From Planktothrix sp. GU0601_MAG3 (lineage in GTDB: Bacteria; Cyanobacteriota; Cyanobacteriia; Cyanobacteriales; Microcoleaceae), in assembly GCA_035193785.1 (NCBI GenBank), contig CP136572.1, positions 2,548,578 to 2,612,577 on the forward strand: 64,000 bases of DNA. The letters are read 5' to 3'. Shown in pieces: positions 37,434 to 49,375 of the stretch. How positions within the stretch are numbered: position 1 is the first letter of the stretch; every line of letters starts with the position of its first letter. A program made the position numbers and the translations under genes. Under the pieces are notes generated by a model, which did no database searches, was not told the origin of the DNA, and saw nothing but the letters and a program-made list of their open reading frames with translations.

Positions 37434-38469
37434 TTAACCTTTAGCTGCGCGTCGGCTCCGTCGGCTTTGACGGGAACGGGTTGAGATGTCGTACTCCAAA
37501 ATCGCTCCCACGGCAAATAGAACCCCCGTGAATACAAAGAATACTTCTAACAAACCGCCACTTTCATATTCACCCGACCCTTGGGAGTCAGCCCATTTGA
37601 AATACATATCAGCAATGTAGAGGGAGAAAATGGCAAAGGCAATCATCCGCCAGGACTGGGAAAACCGTCCTCCCCAAAAGGCTAAAATCAAAGCCGTTGC
37701 TAAAATCAACAGGAAAACATCCCCGATGATGTAGAACAAATTGAATCCAAAAGCCAGGGGTTCAAGTTTGTTATCAATTGCCTCTACCCAGAGGGGGGCA
37801 GAAGAATTCTCCTTCTCCGAGTCGGCGTCGGGGGAAATTTCGGCCGTAGATTTCTCAACCTTGGGCGCGGAAACCCCCGGGGCGGTCGCAGCAGGAGTAG
37901 AAACCGATTGTTCAATAGCCACGGGTTCGGAAGTACCAAGTAATCCAAACAAGTTGGGACTGGCAACCCACATTCCAAATGTGGTTCCCACCAGGGCTAC
38001 CCCAAGTAATATTAACCACTGATTAATATCTAAATCCAATCGTTTAGAGATGACGGCCAGAATCATTCCCGCTGCCAGAAAAAGATAGCTGAGAACGTAA
38101 AAACCATCGGCAATGGAAACCGCCGGATCTAAATGCCAGGCCAGTTTCCCACACCCCAAACAGGACACCCCCGACAAAGTAGAAAAATACCCCCAACCCA
38201 ATACAGAGCCAAACATTACGACCGCTCACCATCTGGGGACTTTGCCAGTTTCTATAACAGACAAGGGAGGCGGCTAGAAATGCCCCCAATTCAAAAAAAT
38301 AGGTTCCGATGGAGTACCACGGGGGTAACTCCTCTCCTTGTACCGTTACACTAAACAGCAGAAAAAATAACAAGGCAAGAACAGCCCACACAATCCCGGC
38401 AATCACCATACCCTGTGATGAAAACAAGGTGGCAGATAAAGAGGACTTTTCTTGTGAAGTGCTACCCAT
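37434..38469 (-). CDS. Hypothetical multi-pass membrane protein; frameshift at ~38144
   Basis: Two hydrophobic ORFs join as GVWELAWHLDPAVS; about 8 TM segments with a periplasmic low-complexity loop. Confidence 0.7.
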
Positions 38470-38603
38470 AGGATTAAAATACCTAGCAATTTGGAGAATC
38501 AAGACCAAGTTTAGAGGCTGATCGTTGTTAACTTCAGCATTTAAACAATTGTCTCTAGTCTAGCGTCCCATATTTAGGTCAGAACAGCTAGTCTATATTT
38601 GGG

Positions 38604-39275
38604 TTAATTCATGACCCATTGCTTGCCCAAAGATGATTGGTGCAACCAACTGACAAACTGCTCGCGATCATCATCATTCATATCCTCTAGCACTTCTTCT
38701 ATGCCCTCCGCAAAACTGGTATTGCCAAAATAGTTTTTTCCCAGTTCATAGAGTTCTTGCAGCAAGGTGCTGAGGTGATTTTCTTGCCAAGAGGGAATTT
38801 TGAGGCTCTCCAGGGGATTGACAGTCAGTAAAATTTCTATGGCTTTGGAATCATCGGTTTGGGGAAACTTGAACTTTTGGAAAATTTTGGTCAAATCTTT
38901 TTGAAAGGAAACCGCTTGTTTTGAGCCTAGCAAGTCTTCAATATCAAAATAAACCGCTTGCAATAGCAGCAAGCAGGCTTGGGTCAGAATCGGCAATTTG
39001 CTGTCTGTTGGGCCGTGACCATCTTTTAAAAGCTGGTCTAAACGGACTTTCCCCCAGACACTATATCTGTCTGGTTCTTCTAATAAAACACAGGCTTTTC
39101 CTTTATTATCAGTGAGATCTCGCCATAAAGCCCTAGCATCATCTGCTTGTTTGGCTTCAAACATTTTCATCAGGCGAAATGTCTGTCCCTGATAATTCAA
39201 AACAGGGATCTGCTGCTCTCGGTTAGGGTGTTGAACCATGGTTATTTCAACATCCGCTCGTTTTAATATAAACAT
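38604..39275 (-). CDS. Conserved cyanobacterial protein (Npun_F0813-like)
   Basis: MFILKRADVEI...QIPVLNYQGQTFRL...WRDLTDNKGKACVLLEEPDRYSVW; family recognised from memory only. Confidence 0.65.
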   Translation of the reverse strand: MFILKRADVEITMVQHPNREQQIPVLNYQGQTFRLMKMFEAKQADDARALWRDLTDNKGKACVLLEEPDRYSVWGKVRLDQLLKDGHGPTDSKLPILTQACLLLLQAVYFDIEDLLGSKQAVSFQKDLTKIFQKFKFPQTDDSKAIEILLTVNPLESLKIPSWQENHLSTLLQELYELGKNYFGNTSFAEGIEEVLEDMNDDDREQFVSWLHQSSLGKQWVMN

Positions 39276-39714
39276 GACACTTCTGCACCTACTCCTGTCA
39301 TGGCACCCGGCTTTGACACTCTCGGTAAATTCGCTATGTGCTGATTTACTGAGATTTTTAAGACTCCAAACCCGGATTCTTAAAGGCGTAGTCAAGGCGC
39401 CCCCGGCAATTTCACCTTGATCCAATGCCAATGTTATTTATCGTTACGATCATTAATAACACTGGTTGCACCATTACAGTCTGCATTAATATTGATCTGG
39501 GTTGCAGTTCTGTTTAAAACACCACTGATCATAACATAGGCACCAACAAGACGGAAATAAAAGGGCATCGGGATTAATAATTCTGCACTTGGCCTGACTA
39601 GGGGCGGTCTTTATCAAAAATTTTTCCCTTTGGCTTTCTTCTGGGACTTGAGAAAAAGTCTTTTGAGATTATGTGAACAATTTAGCACCGAATCAGGTAA
39701 AATATTTCTAGGTT

Positions 39715-39788
39715 GGGTGTGTAACTCAGGTGGATAGAGTAGCGACCTTCTAAGTCGTCTGTCGGGGGTTCGAATCCCTCCACACCCG
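39715..39788 (+). tRNA. tRNA-Arg(UCU)
   Basis: Acceptor GGGTGTG/CACACCC, anticodon arm GCGAC-CTTCTAA-GTCGT, T-loop GGTTCGAATCC; CCA not encoded. Confidence 0.95.
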
Positions 39789-39924
39789 CTAATTTTCAAA
39801 AATTACAGGCCCCCAAATTTTTCCCCAAAATGTCTACGCCATGTCCACCGATTTTGCATGGACATCATCCCGGATGGGTTAGGCAGCGAGGACGCATGAA
39901 TACGCCCCTGCTATGCGTTGTGAA

Positions 39925-40705
39925 TTAAACACCCACCCGACGCTGTTCTAATACTACTTCAAAACCTTCTCCGGGCTGGGGGTTAAGTACCCGGGTGGAT
40001 AGATTTTCCTTGGCTAACATAGACCGAAAATCCTCTAAATTACCACTCACTTTTAATAAGGAAACTAACAACCCTTCATAGACCACATCCCCGGCGGCGG
40101 CGGTGGGTAACATCACCTGGGGACTGACTAATTTAGCTAACTCTAGGGCTGTTTTTTGTCCCCGAATAATTGGCCCAATTAAAGGTAAACTAATGTCAAT
40201 TAATGGAGTAATCACAACATCAATTGGAGCCAGTTCTTTTAACTGAGAATGATGATATCCATGGGGTTCATAATAAACCGTATTTTCTGTGATTAAATCC
40301 TTCAAAACATAGGCATTTTCAATGGTTGTTGGGCCGATAGGAGAGCCCGGAAGGGATTTAATTTCGACCTGATTTTCTAAACAATAGGTGGCTCCATGTT
40401 CCAAAGCATGAACTTGAGTATATCCTAAGTCTTGGACAAGTTTTGCCGCTCCCGGAGAAACCCACAACTGGGATATTTTTATTCAGTTGTTTTAAGGTTT
40501 CAGGATGGGCATGATCTTCCAGGCCCTGAGATAATAAAATCAAGTCGATCTTTTGGGGAATAGGTCGGGGATGTCGTCTTTCCCCCTTAAATAACCAATT
40601 TTGATTCCCAAAGGTTAGTGCACCGACTAACCAAGGGTCAATCAAAATTTGTTTTCCGCCTATTTCCAGTAACCAAGAATTACTATCGAGCCAGGTAAAA
40701 TACAT
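39925..40705 (-). CDS. MBL-fold metallo-hydrolase; frameshift at ~40457
   Basis: TWLDSNSWL, LIDPWL, SQGLEDHAH and YYEPHG; join reads VVGSPGAAK. Confidence 0.85.
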
Positions 40706-40860
40706 AGGGGTTGATTCTATTAGATCACTACTATTGTAGAAAAAAATAAAAAAATTGGGGAGTATTCCAGGTAATTAGGATATCAACAAGACCATCAAAC
40801 CCGATCCGATTTGGACTTTTTCTCAAAAATCCCCATGGTTTATAGTAAGATTGCCCATAC

Positions 40861-42033
40861 TTAATTAGTGAGTAATTGTTGATAAAAGATTAGTAATTCC
40901 TGAGCGAGTGCCCTATTGGTGTAGTGGGTCATGGCTCGTTGATATCCTTTTTCTCCTAACTGTTTTGCTAATTTTGGATCGGTGATTAACTGTTTCAGAC
41001 TATTTTGTAATGCTTGATCATTTCCTTCAGGAAATATTAATCCGGTATCTGCAATAACATGGGGAATTTCACCGGAGTCGGAGCCAATTACGGGAACTTG
41101 ACAAGCCATGGCTTCGATTAAAACATGACCAAATTGTTCTTTCCACCCGGCGGCGGTTAGGGTTTTAAATTTGTAGGTGGTTTCTGATGGTAAAACTAGG
41201 GTATTCATCAGGTTAATATAGCGTTGTACCTGATCATGGGGAACACTTTCTATTAAGATTAATCGGTCTTGAAATCCAAATTTTTCGGCTATTTCTAGGA
41301 GTTGCGATCGCAATTCTCCCCGACCCAATAATACCCATTTCCAAGGATAGTCTTTTAATCCAGATAAAGATTTTGCTAAAGTCATTAATCCTTTTTCTTC
41401 AACAAAACGCCCCACAAATCCCACTACAAATTCATCGTCTTTAATCCCTAATTCGGCTTTTAATTCCGGTTGAGGTTCGGGTTTGAATAACTGTTCATCA
41501 ATGCCTAATTGGGGCATAACTTCGATGGGTTTATTATATCCTTTTTGGCGTAAAATATCTTTGCCATCTTGATTTCCCACTACAATTCCATCGGTATATT
41601 TTAGGTTATAGGCTTCTAGGAGAGAAACGGGAAATTTTAACTGATAGGGTAAATTCCACCAAGTAAAAAAGATGTTTTTGGCTTTTAAACCCAAAAGATT
41701 ATTTAAGGTGATAAATTGACTATAGGTTAGGGCTTTAGAACCCTGTTCAACTTGAATAATATCGGGTTTAAAGGTTTTCAAAAGAGAGACTAAATCTAAC
41801 CCAAAGGTGAGTAAACCTTGATTATTTTGACTGAAATTAGAAATTGGAACAACTTTAAAGTTACCTTCATCTAAATATTGGGATTCAATAATTTTATTCT
41901 GAACGCCTCCGGGTCGCCAACGTTTGGGAACAACAATTGTTACTTCTATATTGGGTTGTAAACGGGCTAAGGCTCTAAATTTTTCTCGGTTTAAGTCAAC
42001 AATATAGGTATGGCTGGCTACTAAAATTTTCAT
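40861..42033 (-). CDS. hpsO: GT4 glycosyltransferase, hormogonium polysaccharide HpsO-like
   Basis: MKILVASHTY, FVGRFVEEKG and EQFGHVLIEAMAC; synteny with hpsL/hpsN-like genes. Symbol is from recall. Confidence 0.75.
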   Translation of the reverse strand: MKILVASHTYIVDLNREKFRALARLQPNIEVTIVVPKRWRPGGVQNKIIESQYLDEGNFKVVPISNFSQNNQGLLTFGLDLVSLLKTFKPDIIQVEQGSKALTYSQFITLNNLLGLKAKNIFFTWWNLPYQLKFPVSLLEAYNLKYTDGIVVGNQDGKDILRQKGYNKPIEVMPQLGIDEQLFKPEPQPELKAELGIKDDEFVVGFVGRFVEEKGLMTLAKSLSGLKDYPWKWVLLGRGELRSQLLEIAEKFGFQDRLILIESVPHDQVQRYINLMNTLVLPSETTYKFKTLTAAGWKEQFGHVLIEAMACQVPVIGSDSGEIPHVIADTGLIFPEGNDQALQNSLKQLITDPKLAKQLGEKGYQRAMTHYTNRALAQELLIFYQQLLTN

Positions 42034-42062
42034 AGGTTTTTTCTATTTTTAATCTTTTTACT

Positions 42063-42138
42063 GTTGTTGGGCTTTAGCCCCTCTTATAAGATTTGCGCTG
42101 AAGCGCAACAACGGCGCAACAACGGCGCAACAACGGGG
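42063..42138. repeat. REP-like palindromes plus tandem 11-mer GCGCAACAACG x3
   Basis: gttgttgggctttagccc...gcgctgaagcgcaacaacg; related inverted copy ccccgttgttgcgcttaagcgca at ~53598-53620. Confidence 0.7.
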
Positions 42139-43125
42139 TTAGGGGTCTTGTTGGGTGTAGATTTGTCCTTGATCCCAGAGGGAGGTGATCCAGGTTCCTA
42201 GGGCCTTAGTTAAGCCTAATATATAGAAGAATAAACGACTAATAATTTTTAGAGGAGAACCACTTTTATTACAGGGAGGATGTCCTAAAACATGACAATC
42301 AAATAGTTTAGCAAAAAAGCGGAAACATTGACCCGGAGTTAGGTTTTTTAACCCCATTAAGAAGTGATTATGATAAAAGGTAATCTGATATTTTACAGAA
42401 CGGGTACTCATGTCATGGCAGCCTCCGACTTCTTCTCCTAAATGAATTAAATGGGCTTCTGGATCATACCAAATAACATAACCTGTTTGTCTTATTCTTA
42501 AACAAAAATCCGATTCTTCCCGTACCGCACTCCCTTTAAATCGTTCATCAAAGGTTAAACCAAATTGCTCAAAAATTTCTCGCCGGAAGGACATATTACA
42601 TCCTCTGGCGGAAATAACTTGTTGGGGTTTAATGGTATGAACTAAATCCAGATGATACCAAGCAATACCAGGATCTTGAGCTTCGGGAGGTAAGTTTTCA
42701 ATGGTTAATCCTCCCCCAGAATCGCTTAATTTCATCCGATCAAAAACTCGTCCTGCAACGGCTCCAATTTTCTCTGGTGCGGCGGTTTCTCCTGGGATAT
42801 AATTGCGAGCATGAGCCATTAAAAATCCTTCGGGAAGTTGCACATCATCATCAATAAATAGGAGAATATCTCCTTGAGAACGTCGGACGGCGTAATTCCT
42901 AGCCCCGGGTAAACTCGCCCAATCTAAATGATACCATTTAATTTTTCCAGCTTGGGTTAACTGTTCTAAATAGGCTTGGGTTTCGGGTTCATGGGTGGGG
43001 GTTTGATCGACGACTAAAACTTCAAAATTGGGATAGGTTTGTTGTAATACTTCTGCTAAGGTTTCGCGTAATACTTGTTCACGGTTATAGGTGGGAATGA
43101 TCACAGAAATTAAAGGTAAATTCAT
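42139..43125 (-). CDS. hpsN: GT2 glycosyltransferase, HpsN-like
   Basis: ISVIIPTYNR, LFIDDD, GCNMSFRR and REESD; between hpsL- and hpsO-like genes. Confidence 0.75.
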   Translation of the reverse strand: MNLPLISVIIPTYNREQVLRETLAEVLQQTYPNFEVLVVDQTPTHEPETQAYLEQLTQAGKIKWYHLDWASLPGARNYAVRRSQGDILLFIDDDVQLPEGFLMAHARNYIPGETAAPEKIGAVAGRVFDRMKLSDSGGGLTIENLPPEAQDPGIAWYHLDLVHTIKPQQVISARGCNMSFRREIFEQFGLTFDERFKGSAVREESDFCLRIRQTGYVIWYDPEAHLIHLGEEVGGCHDMSTRSVKYQITFYHNHFLMGLKNLTPGQCFRFFAKLFDCHVLGHPPCNKSGSPLKIISRLFFYILGLTKALGTWITSLWDQGQIYTQQDP

Positions 43126-43217
43126 TAATTTTTCTCCTAATATTAGTTAAATATTGATTTGATAGTTTGTCTAAAAAATTGATCTAAATGCACCCACCTA
43201 ATTATTAACAGGATTAT

Positions 43218-44841
43218 TTAGATATCTGGATCTAGTTCACCTGCTTCGATCAGTTTTTTGCGTTCTTCCCGATCAATTTCGGGTAGTTTAAACAGTACCC
43301 CGGCAAAATACCAATAATAAACCGTGACTGGATCAACATCTAGGGGGTAATAATAGGTATTGTAGCTAATGATTAACACAAAAACCCAAAAGGATGCCCC
43401 AAAACTGCGTAAATTTTTATCTTTAACGGAACGATAGGATTTAAACCCAATCACGACCATGGTAGTAACTAAATAGAGAAAACCTGCGACGCCAATTGGC
43501 CCAATTTCAAAAATTAGTTTGGGATAGTAGGTTTCAATTAAGGCGGTTTTCCCAAAGATTCGAGCGGCATTTGTGGCTCGTCCTAGTCCTTTTCCTAAAA
43601 TCCCTTTTTGCCCGCCACTACTATGTCCAAACTGTTCTGAGATGAAATCCGTGGGGGGGGAAGCATTCCAACGACTGACAAAACTATCGACCCGTTCTTG
43701 TAAAAATGTTGGGTTGGCTGCCACCGCAATTCCTAATATTAAACCCAGTCCGGCGAGGATGGGAAGAAATCTTTTTAAGTTGGCAACTTGTCCGGTTAAA
43801 ACTAATAGAATAATCGTTACAACGGGAACCAATGCTAAGGCAATTCGTTGACCGGAAATTACGGCATTTACAAATACCAATGCCATTCCGACTAAACCTG
43901 TCATTCGCCAGAGGGGAGAAGGGTCGCTAAAGGCACTAGCAAAGGTAAAAAAGGCATTAGCAATTAAAAACCAAGCCCATTGCCAAGGAGCCACAAAGGT
44001 TTCCGGGTAAACGAATCATATTTTGTGAGGGACTAAATACTAAAGAGCCGCCGACAAAACATTTAGCATCCAGAGTGGCTTTGAATAAATCATCCCCGGT
44101 GAGGTGATCGGTTCCCTTACAACGGCCACTAGCCAGCATTTGATATTGAATGACTCCTAAAACACAACAAATTATGGCTAAAACTAGGGTTAAACGAGTT
44201 AAAAATAAAAGTTCTTTTTTGCCTTTAATTTGATAGTAGGCACAGGTAATTAAGGGCAGGTATCCAATAAAGGATTTTAACCCCATTAGTCCGAGTAAAA
44301 TCGGTTTGTCGCCTTCGGGTTTGAGTTGTTGTAATCCATTTACTAACAATAAAGTTAAACCACAAATGGCGAGAAGTACCATTAAGGGTTGCTTTAATCC
44401 TTTGGGCACAATCATGGGCATTCGCTGGCTTTTCCATTCCTTATATTTGGCAAATAGGGCGGGAAAATAAAAGCCATCTTTGGCGAGTTGAAATATGGGA
44501 CTGCCTCCACCAATCCAGTAGGTGATTGTGCCACTAAATGGTAAATAAATTAAAAAACCCCATAATGCCATATCTGGGTAAAGATAGGATAGGGCGACAA
44601 TTAAAATTCCTCCGCCCCCGGCGATCGCTAATTTCGGGCCAGCAACCACAAATAAAATCGCTCCCACAACAGCAGCAGCAGTAATAATTCCTGACGATGA
44701 AGATATAATTTTCTTAATCGCTTTTGACCGTTGCTTTTGGCGAAGTTTAATCTCTGTTTTACTTAATTTTGGTTTCTGGGATTTCCCTTTATTATTTTTT
44801 GATTTCTTAATGTTTTTCTTTCTTTTTATCTTAGTAACCAT
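43218..44841 (-). CDS. hpsL: O-antigen-ligase/polymerase-like membrane protein, HpsL-like; frameshift at ~43999
   Basis: Lys-rich N-terminus, many TM segments, repaired IRLPGTFVAPWQWAWFL, SGQR and GKGLGRATN motifs. Confidence 0.72.
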
Positions 44842-44914
44842 GTCCAGTTTTTGATATAATCATTATTAAATAGATATTAATAAAAAAACAAAAAGGGGAA
44901 AATTCACCCCATAC

Positions 44915-45661
44915 TTAAACAGTTAGAGGATAAAGACCAAACTCATCTCGAAGGGATTGATGGATAGACTTCCTACTAAAAATTGTAAATGATAATCTGT
45001 CGGTATTTCCATAGGTATTATCCCCTGTTCCTAGAATGTAAATTGCACCGGGAAAAGGCAGGCTGGAAAGAGGAGTTCCTTGCTCTTCCATAAAAGGTTT
45101 TACTCTTGCATGATCAATCAATAATTTATAGTATCCGTATCCTCGATTGTATTCAGGATTTTCTGGTAAGTTGTTTAAATCATATCGAATAATATTACAG
45201 CTTCCACACATTCGATTGAAATTTTTTCTCTTGATATAAATTACTTTTTCTCCTTCAACATACTTATAGCCTTTATCAACAAACCAGCCGGGATGAGAGG
45301 GATTATTATTGACAAATTCGGCAATTTTATTGCTAATACAATCATCGGCATCTACTGCCATTGTATGGGCGGGATTAATCTTTTTTGCTTCAATTAATCC
45401 CCTTAATAATTTACGGCCTTTATCCGTGTATTTAATATTAATTAATTCAGTTTCATTAGCTTCAGGAAAGTCAACCTGTATATATTCTATGTGGGGATGG
45501 TTGAATCTTATAGAGGGCTTTTCATTACAAACAACAATCACTCTAAAATTCGATGATGTTTGACTACAAACGGATTTAAGAGTCCTTTCAAATAAAGCAC
45601 AAACTTTTTCCCAGGATCGAGAAAATTTTACACTTTTCAAGGGAATAACAACAACCAGCAT
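44915..45661 (-). CDS. GT2-like (GT-A fold) glycosyltransferase
   Basis: TLKSVCSQT...VIVVCNE and the VDADD DxD motif. Confidence 0.7.
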   Translation of the reverse strand: MLVVVIPLKSVKFSRSWEKVCALFERTLKSVCSQTSSNFRVIVVCNEKPSIRFNHPHIEYIQVDFPEANETELINIKYTDKGRKLLRGLIEAKKINPAHTMAVDADDCISNKIAEFVNNNPSHPGWFVDKGYKYVEGEKVIYIKRKNFNRMCGSCNIIRYDLNNLPENPEYNRGYGYYKLLIDHARVKPFMEEQGTPLSSLPFPGAIYILGTGDNTYGNTDRLSFTIFSRKSIHQSLRDEFGLYPLTV

Positions 45662-45813
45662 CTAAGTTACTAGGTAAGTTATACACAAGGCTATCATAGC
45701 AAATCACTGTTTGTAAAGTTCGGAGTGGCCCAAATCTCAGGGGGGGTTTATAAGGTGATTAGTGACTCACAAAATTTTTGATAGAACCCACCCCTAGATT
45801 AGAGGCAAAAATA

Positions 45814-47290
45814 CTAACTCACCAAATACTGTTCTATAGTCCAGACTAACTGTTCCGCCCAATGGTCGGCTAAATTAGCACTTTTGGCTTCTACCATTAC
45901 CCGAATTAAAGGTTCTGTTCCCGACGCCCTAACTAAAATTCGCCCCTGATCTCCCATGGCGGCTTCTGCGGTTTCAATGGCTTTAATCACGGGTTCACAG
46001 TGTTTCCAATTGCGCCGTTGGTGAACGTCCTCAACCCGAATATTTTTTAACAGTTGGGGATAGGTTTGGAAACTATTATTAACTAATTCTGCTAGAGACT
46101 GACCGGAATCTTTAACTAAGGTGGCTAAATGCAACGCTGTCATCAACCCATCCCCACTAATTCCATAATGGTGACAGAGAATATGTCCCGACTGTTCGCC
46201 CCCTAACATCGCTCCTGTCCGTTTCATTTCGGCGTGAAACGTGTTGGTCGCCTACGGAAGTCCGAATCATTTGGCCCCCGAATTGTTGCCAAGCCCGTTC
46301 AAAACCCAGGTTAGCCATTACCGTTGAAATAATTAAATTTTCCGGGAGTTGTCCGGCTTTGCTCAGGGCTTGGCCCCAAAAATACAGAATATAATCCCCG
46401 TCTACCGTTCGACCTTGGCCATCGACGGCCAAAACCCGATCCGCATCCCCATCAAAGGCAAATCCGAGATCGGCATTGTGTTCTAAAACCGTCTGTTGTA
46501 GGGCTTGTAGATGGGTAGAACCGCAATTAACATTAATTTGATGGCCATTGGGTTGATCATGGAGACAAATCACCTCCGCCCCCATTTCTGTAAAGACTTG
46601 GGCTGCTAAGGGAACCGCCGCCCCCCAGGCTAAATCTAAAACCACCCGCATTCCTTGTAAATTCGTGACCGGGAGTAATGGCCCATGTAGAGATTGGGCA
46701 TAATCTCGAATCAGTTCTGGCCGATAATAGTGTTGGCCACAGTCGCTATAAACAATCGGAAAATCTGCATTTCCTCTAATTCCCGCCTCTATTTGCTCTT
46801 GCAAGGCGGTGGATAGTTTTGTACCATCTTTTCCAAAAAACTTGATTCCGTTGTCTTCCGGGGGGTTGTGGCTGGCGGAAATCATCACTCCACCAATAGC
46901 CTCGGAGGTCAGGGTTAAATAGGAAACTCCAGGGGTGGGACAGACCCCAATATGCCAAACTTCCAACCCGGCGGCAATGAGTCCGGCGGAGAGGGCCATG
47001 GCTAACATATTACCAGAGGTGCGGGTATCTTGGCCTAATATTACTGGGCCGGGATGGTGGGCTTGATGTCGGAGAACTTGGCCCGCCCAGAAACCCACTT
47101 GTAAAGCTAGGGGCGCATTCAGGGTTCCGCCCACGGGCCCCCGGATACCATCGGTTCCAAATAGTGGGGTGGTGGGGAGTTCCCCAACTTGATCGATAAA
47201 GCCGAAATGGGATATGGTTCGAGGCTGGGCGGTATTGGCTTCTTTTTTCGGGGAACTAAAGTTCTGAGTCCGAGCGGGTGTTGCGACCAT
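45814..47290 (-). CDS. glmM: Phosphoglucosamine mutase; frameshift at ~46236
   Basis: [29 protein letters not shown] and [14 protein letters not shown]. Confidence 0.95.
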
Positions 47291-47544
47291 AAAATTCACT
47301 CCTCTTAATATATATTCACACACTCAATGTGGAGCATAGCACGTCGGGAACATCGGTCAAATATCTTGACCAAGGTGATGTAAATTACGAGGGTGAAAAT
47401 TGACTGATTTTATATTACCCGTTCTCGGTCTATTTTTTTAAGTTTAAATCAATTAGGGAAAATCAATCCCTTGACAGAATAGCCCCCAAACAAGATACTT
47501 AAAAAACTTACTTTGAATTAGATTATCTAAATTTTAACACGGTA

Positions 47545-49218
47545 ATGAAAATAAAATCTTTCCCAAAAATATCTTTTTATTCAATTATTTTAATCGGAAT
47601 TATTGCCCTAACTGGATTCATTGCTTATTCTAATATCCTGAATAGTTTTTTTCTCTCGGATGATTTGGTTTTAATTGCGCTATTATCCAAATTAGGCCCA
47701 TTTGGTTTATGGTTTAATCAACAGCATGGTAAATCGTTATTTTTTCGGCCTCTATTGGGATTAATTAGTTTTTTAGACTATAAAATCTGGGGTTTGAATC
47801 CTTTAGGTTATCATTTAACAAATTTTGGCTTTCATTTAGCTAATTCTTTTTTGGTGGGAAGTATAGCATTTTTATTCAGTTTAAATTTAGGAATAGATTT
47901 AAAACTAAAACGGTTTATTCCCTATTTTTCTGGATTTATTTTTCTATTATTACCTTCCCATTCCGAAGCCGTTTCTTGGATTTCTGCCCGCACTGATGTT
48001 ATTGCTACCTTTTTCGCCTTACTTTCTTTTTGCACTTATTTAAACTTTAGACACTTTGGTAAACCTATAAAATTATGGATTTCTTTAATTGCCTTTTTAG
48101 CAGCCCTATTATGTAAAGAATCTATTGTGAGTTTTCCGGGGTTAATTATCGCCTATGAATTCTATCAGTATTCACAAATAAAGTCCAGAACTATCAAAAA
48201 ACCTTTGATTAATGTTCTATGGTATATGGCGGTTTTAGGTTTTTATTTTATTTGGCGATATCTCAAATTAGGAACCTTAGTTGGAGGCTATGGAGAAGGC
48301 ATTCATCTGAAATTTAACCCCATACAAATTTTATATAATATAATTATTTATCCATCGCGTAGCTTCCTATCGGCTCAATTTAACTCTAGTTTAACCTTCT
48401 GGTTTTTAGCTTTTATCGGTTTAGTTTTAATCTCTATATTTGCCCTAATTGTAAGTTATTATCGCCATCAATTTCAGTCTAATATTCCTCAAACCTTACT
48501 TTTAATTATTGTAGGATTTTGGATTTGTGTTCTACCCGCGATTAATGTTTCTGTTTCTCCTTTTGATAGTCAAGGAGAACGTTATTTATATTGGGCTTCT
48601 AGTTTTACCTCTATTTATATCGCCTTAATTTTTATTGTTTTAATTAGTAATTTTAAATTTTGTTTAATTCTATCCTCAATTTTATTAGTGAGTTTGGGAA
48701 TATCCTTGCACTCAGTTAACCAAAACTGGAAATTCGCCGGAGAAATTTCTGAAAGTCTGTTATCTAGTCTACAGAAAACAACGATAGAATCCCCTATTAT
48801 TACCACTGTTCCCGATAATTTTAGAGGAGCTTATCTATACAGAACAGGACTAATTCAGGGGCTATATCTTTTTGATATTAATAATCGTTTTGATGTTCAA
48901 TTTGAACAGAAATCTACGGATAAACCCTTTGAAACCGTGAGATTTTATACAAATAAAATTTTATTAGTGATGATGAATACCCTACTAGAACCCAGCGATA
49001 AAATTATAGTTAATACCCCAAAACCCAAGCAATATCAATTTCAATTATCCAATCCCCAAACCCTATTTTTTCCCACGCCGAAAAATACATTAGTCACTAA
49101 AGACTATCAAGTTAGTGATGTACAACCCCAAAGCTACACCCTCACCCTCAACAATCCTAGCCGTTTTCAGGATTTATTATTGTATTCGTCGGGGGAGTTT
49201 GCTAAACTATCGGATTAA
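47545..49218 (+). CDS. Multi-pass membrane protein, probable GT-C-type (lipid-carrier-dependent) glycosyltransferase
   Basis: FFLSDD after TM1, FFRPL, GYHLTN, HSEAVSWIS.R, LLCKES and ERYLY; 10+ TM segments plus a soluble C-terminal domain. Confidence 0.65.
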   Translation: MKIKSFPKISFYSIILIGIIALTGFIAYSNILNSFFLSDDLVLIALLSKLGPFGLWFNQQHGKSLFFRPLLGLISFLDYKIWGLNPLGYHLTNFGFHLANSFLVGSIAFLFSLNLGIDLKLKRFIPYFSGFIFLLLPSHSEAVSWISARTDVIATFFALLSFCTYLNFRHFGKPIKLWISLIAFLAALLCKESIVSFPGLIIAYEFYQYSQIKSRTIKKPLINVLWYMAVLGFYFIWRYLKLGTLVGGYGEGIHLKFNPIQILYNIIIYPSRSFLSAQFNSSLTFWFLAFIGLVLISIFALIVSYYRHQFQSNIPQTLLLIIVGFWICVLPAINVSVSPFDSQGERYLYWASSFTSIYIALIFIVLISNFKFCLILSSILLVSLGISLHSVNQNWKFAGEISESLLSSLQKTTIESPIITTVPDNFRGAYLYRTGLIQGLYLFDINNRFDVQFEQKSTDKPFETVRFYTNKILLVMMNTLLEPSDKIIVNTPKPKQYQFQLSNPQTLFFPTPKNTLVTKDYQVSDVQPQSYTLTLNNPSRFQDLLLYSSGEFAKLSD

Positions 49219-49231
49219 TCTTGTATTATAT

Positions 49232-49332
49232 AGGACTTACGCAGAAACCGGGTTTCTGAACGAGAAATCACCGATTTCATTCGCAAAATCAGGGCCAGAA
49301 ACCCGGTTTCTTTGGTCTTGTGCGTAAGTCCT
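49232..49332. mobile_element. MITE-like element, copy 1 (~101 bp)
   Basis: Terminal inverted repeats AGGACTTACGCA/TGCGTAAGTCCT; internal AGAAACCGGGTTTCT palindromes; no ORF. Confidence 0.8.
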
Positions 49333-49375
49333 GTTATAGAAACAATTTATCTAGCAAACGATAATATTAGGTGTG

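Noticed and set aside
39600..39799. 61-aa ORF at 39614-39799
   Set aside because: Antisense reading of the tRNA-Arg gene.
39715..39925. tRNA-Arg as an integration site for an island
   Set aside because: No integrase and no duplicated tRNA 3' end seen; the flanking genes are ordinary cyanobacterial genes.
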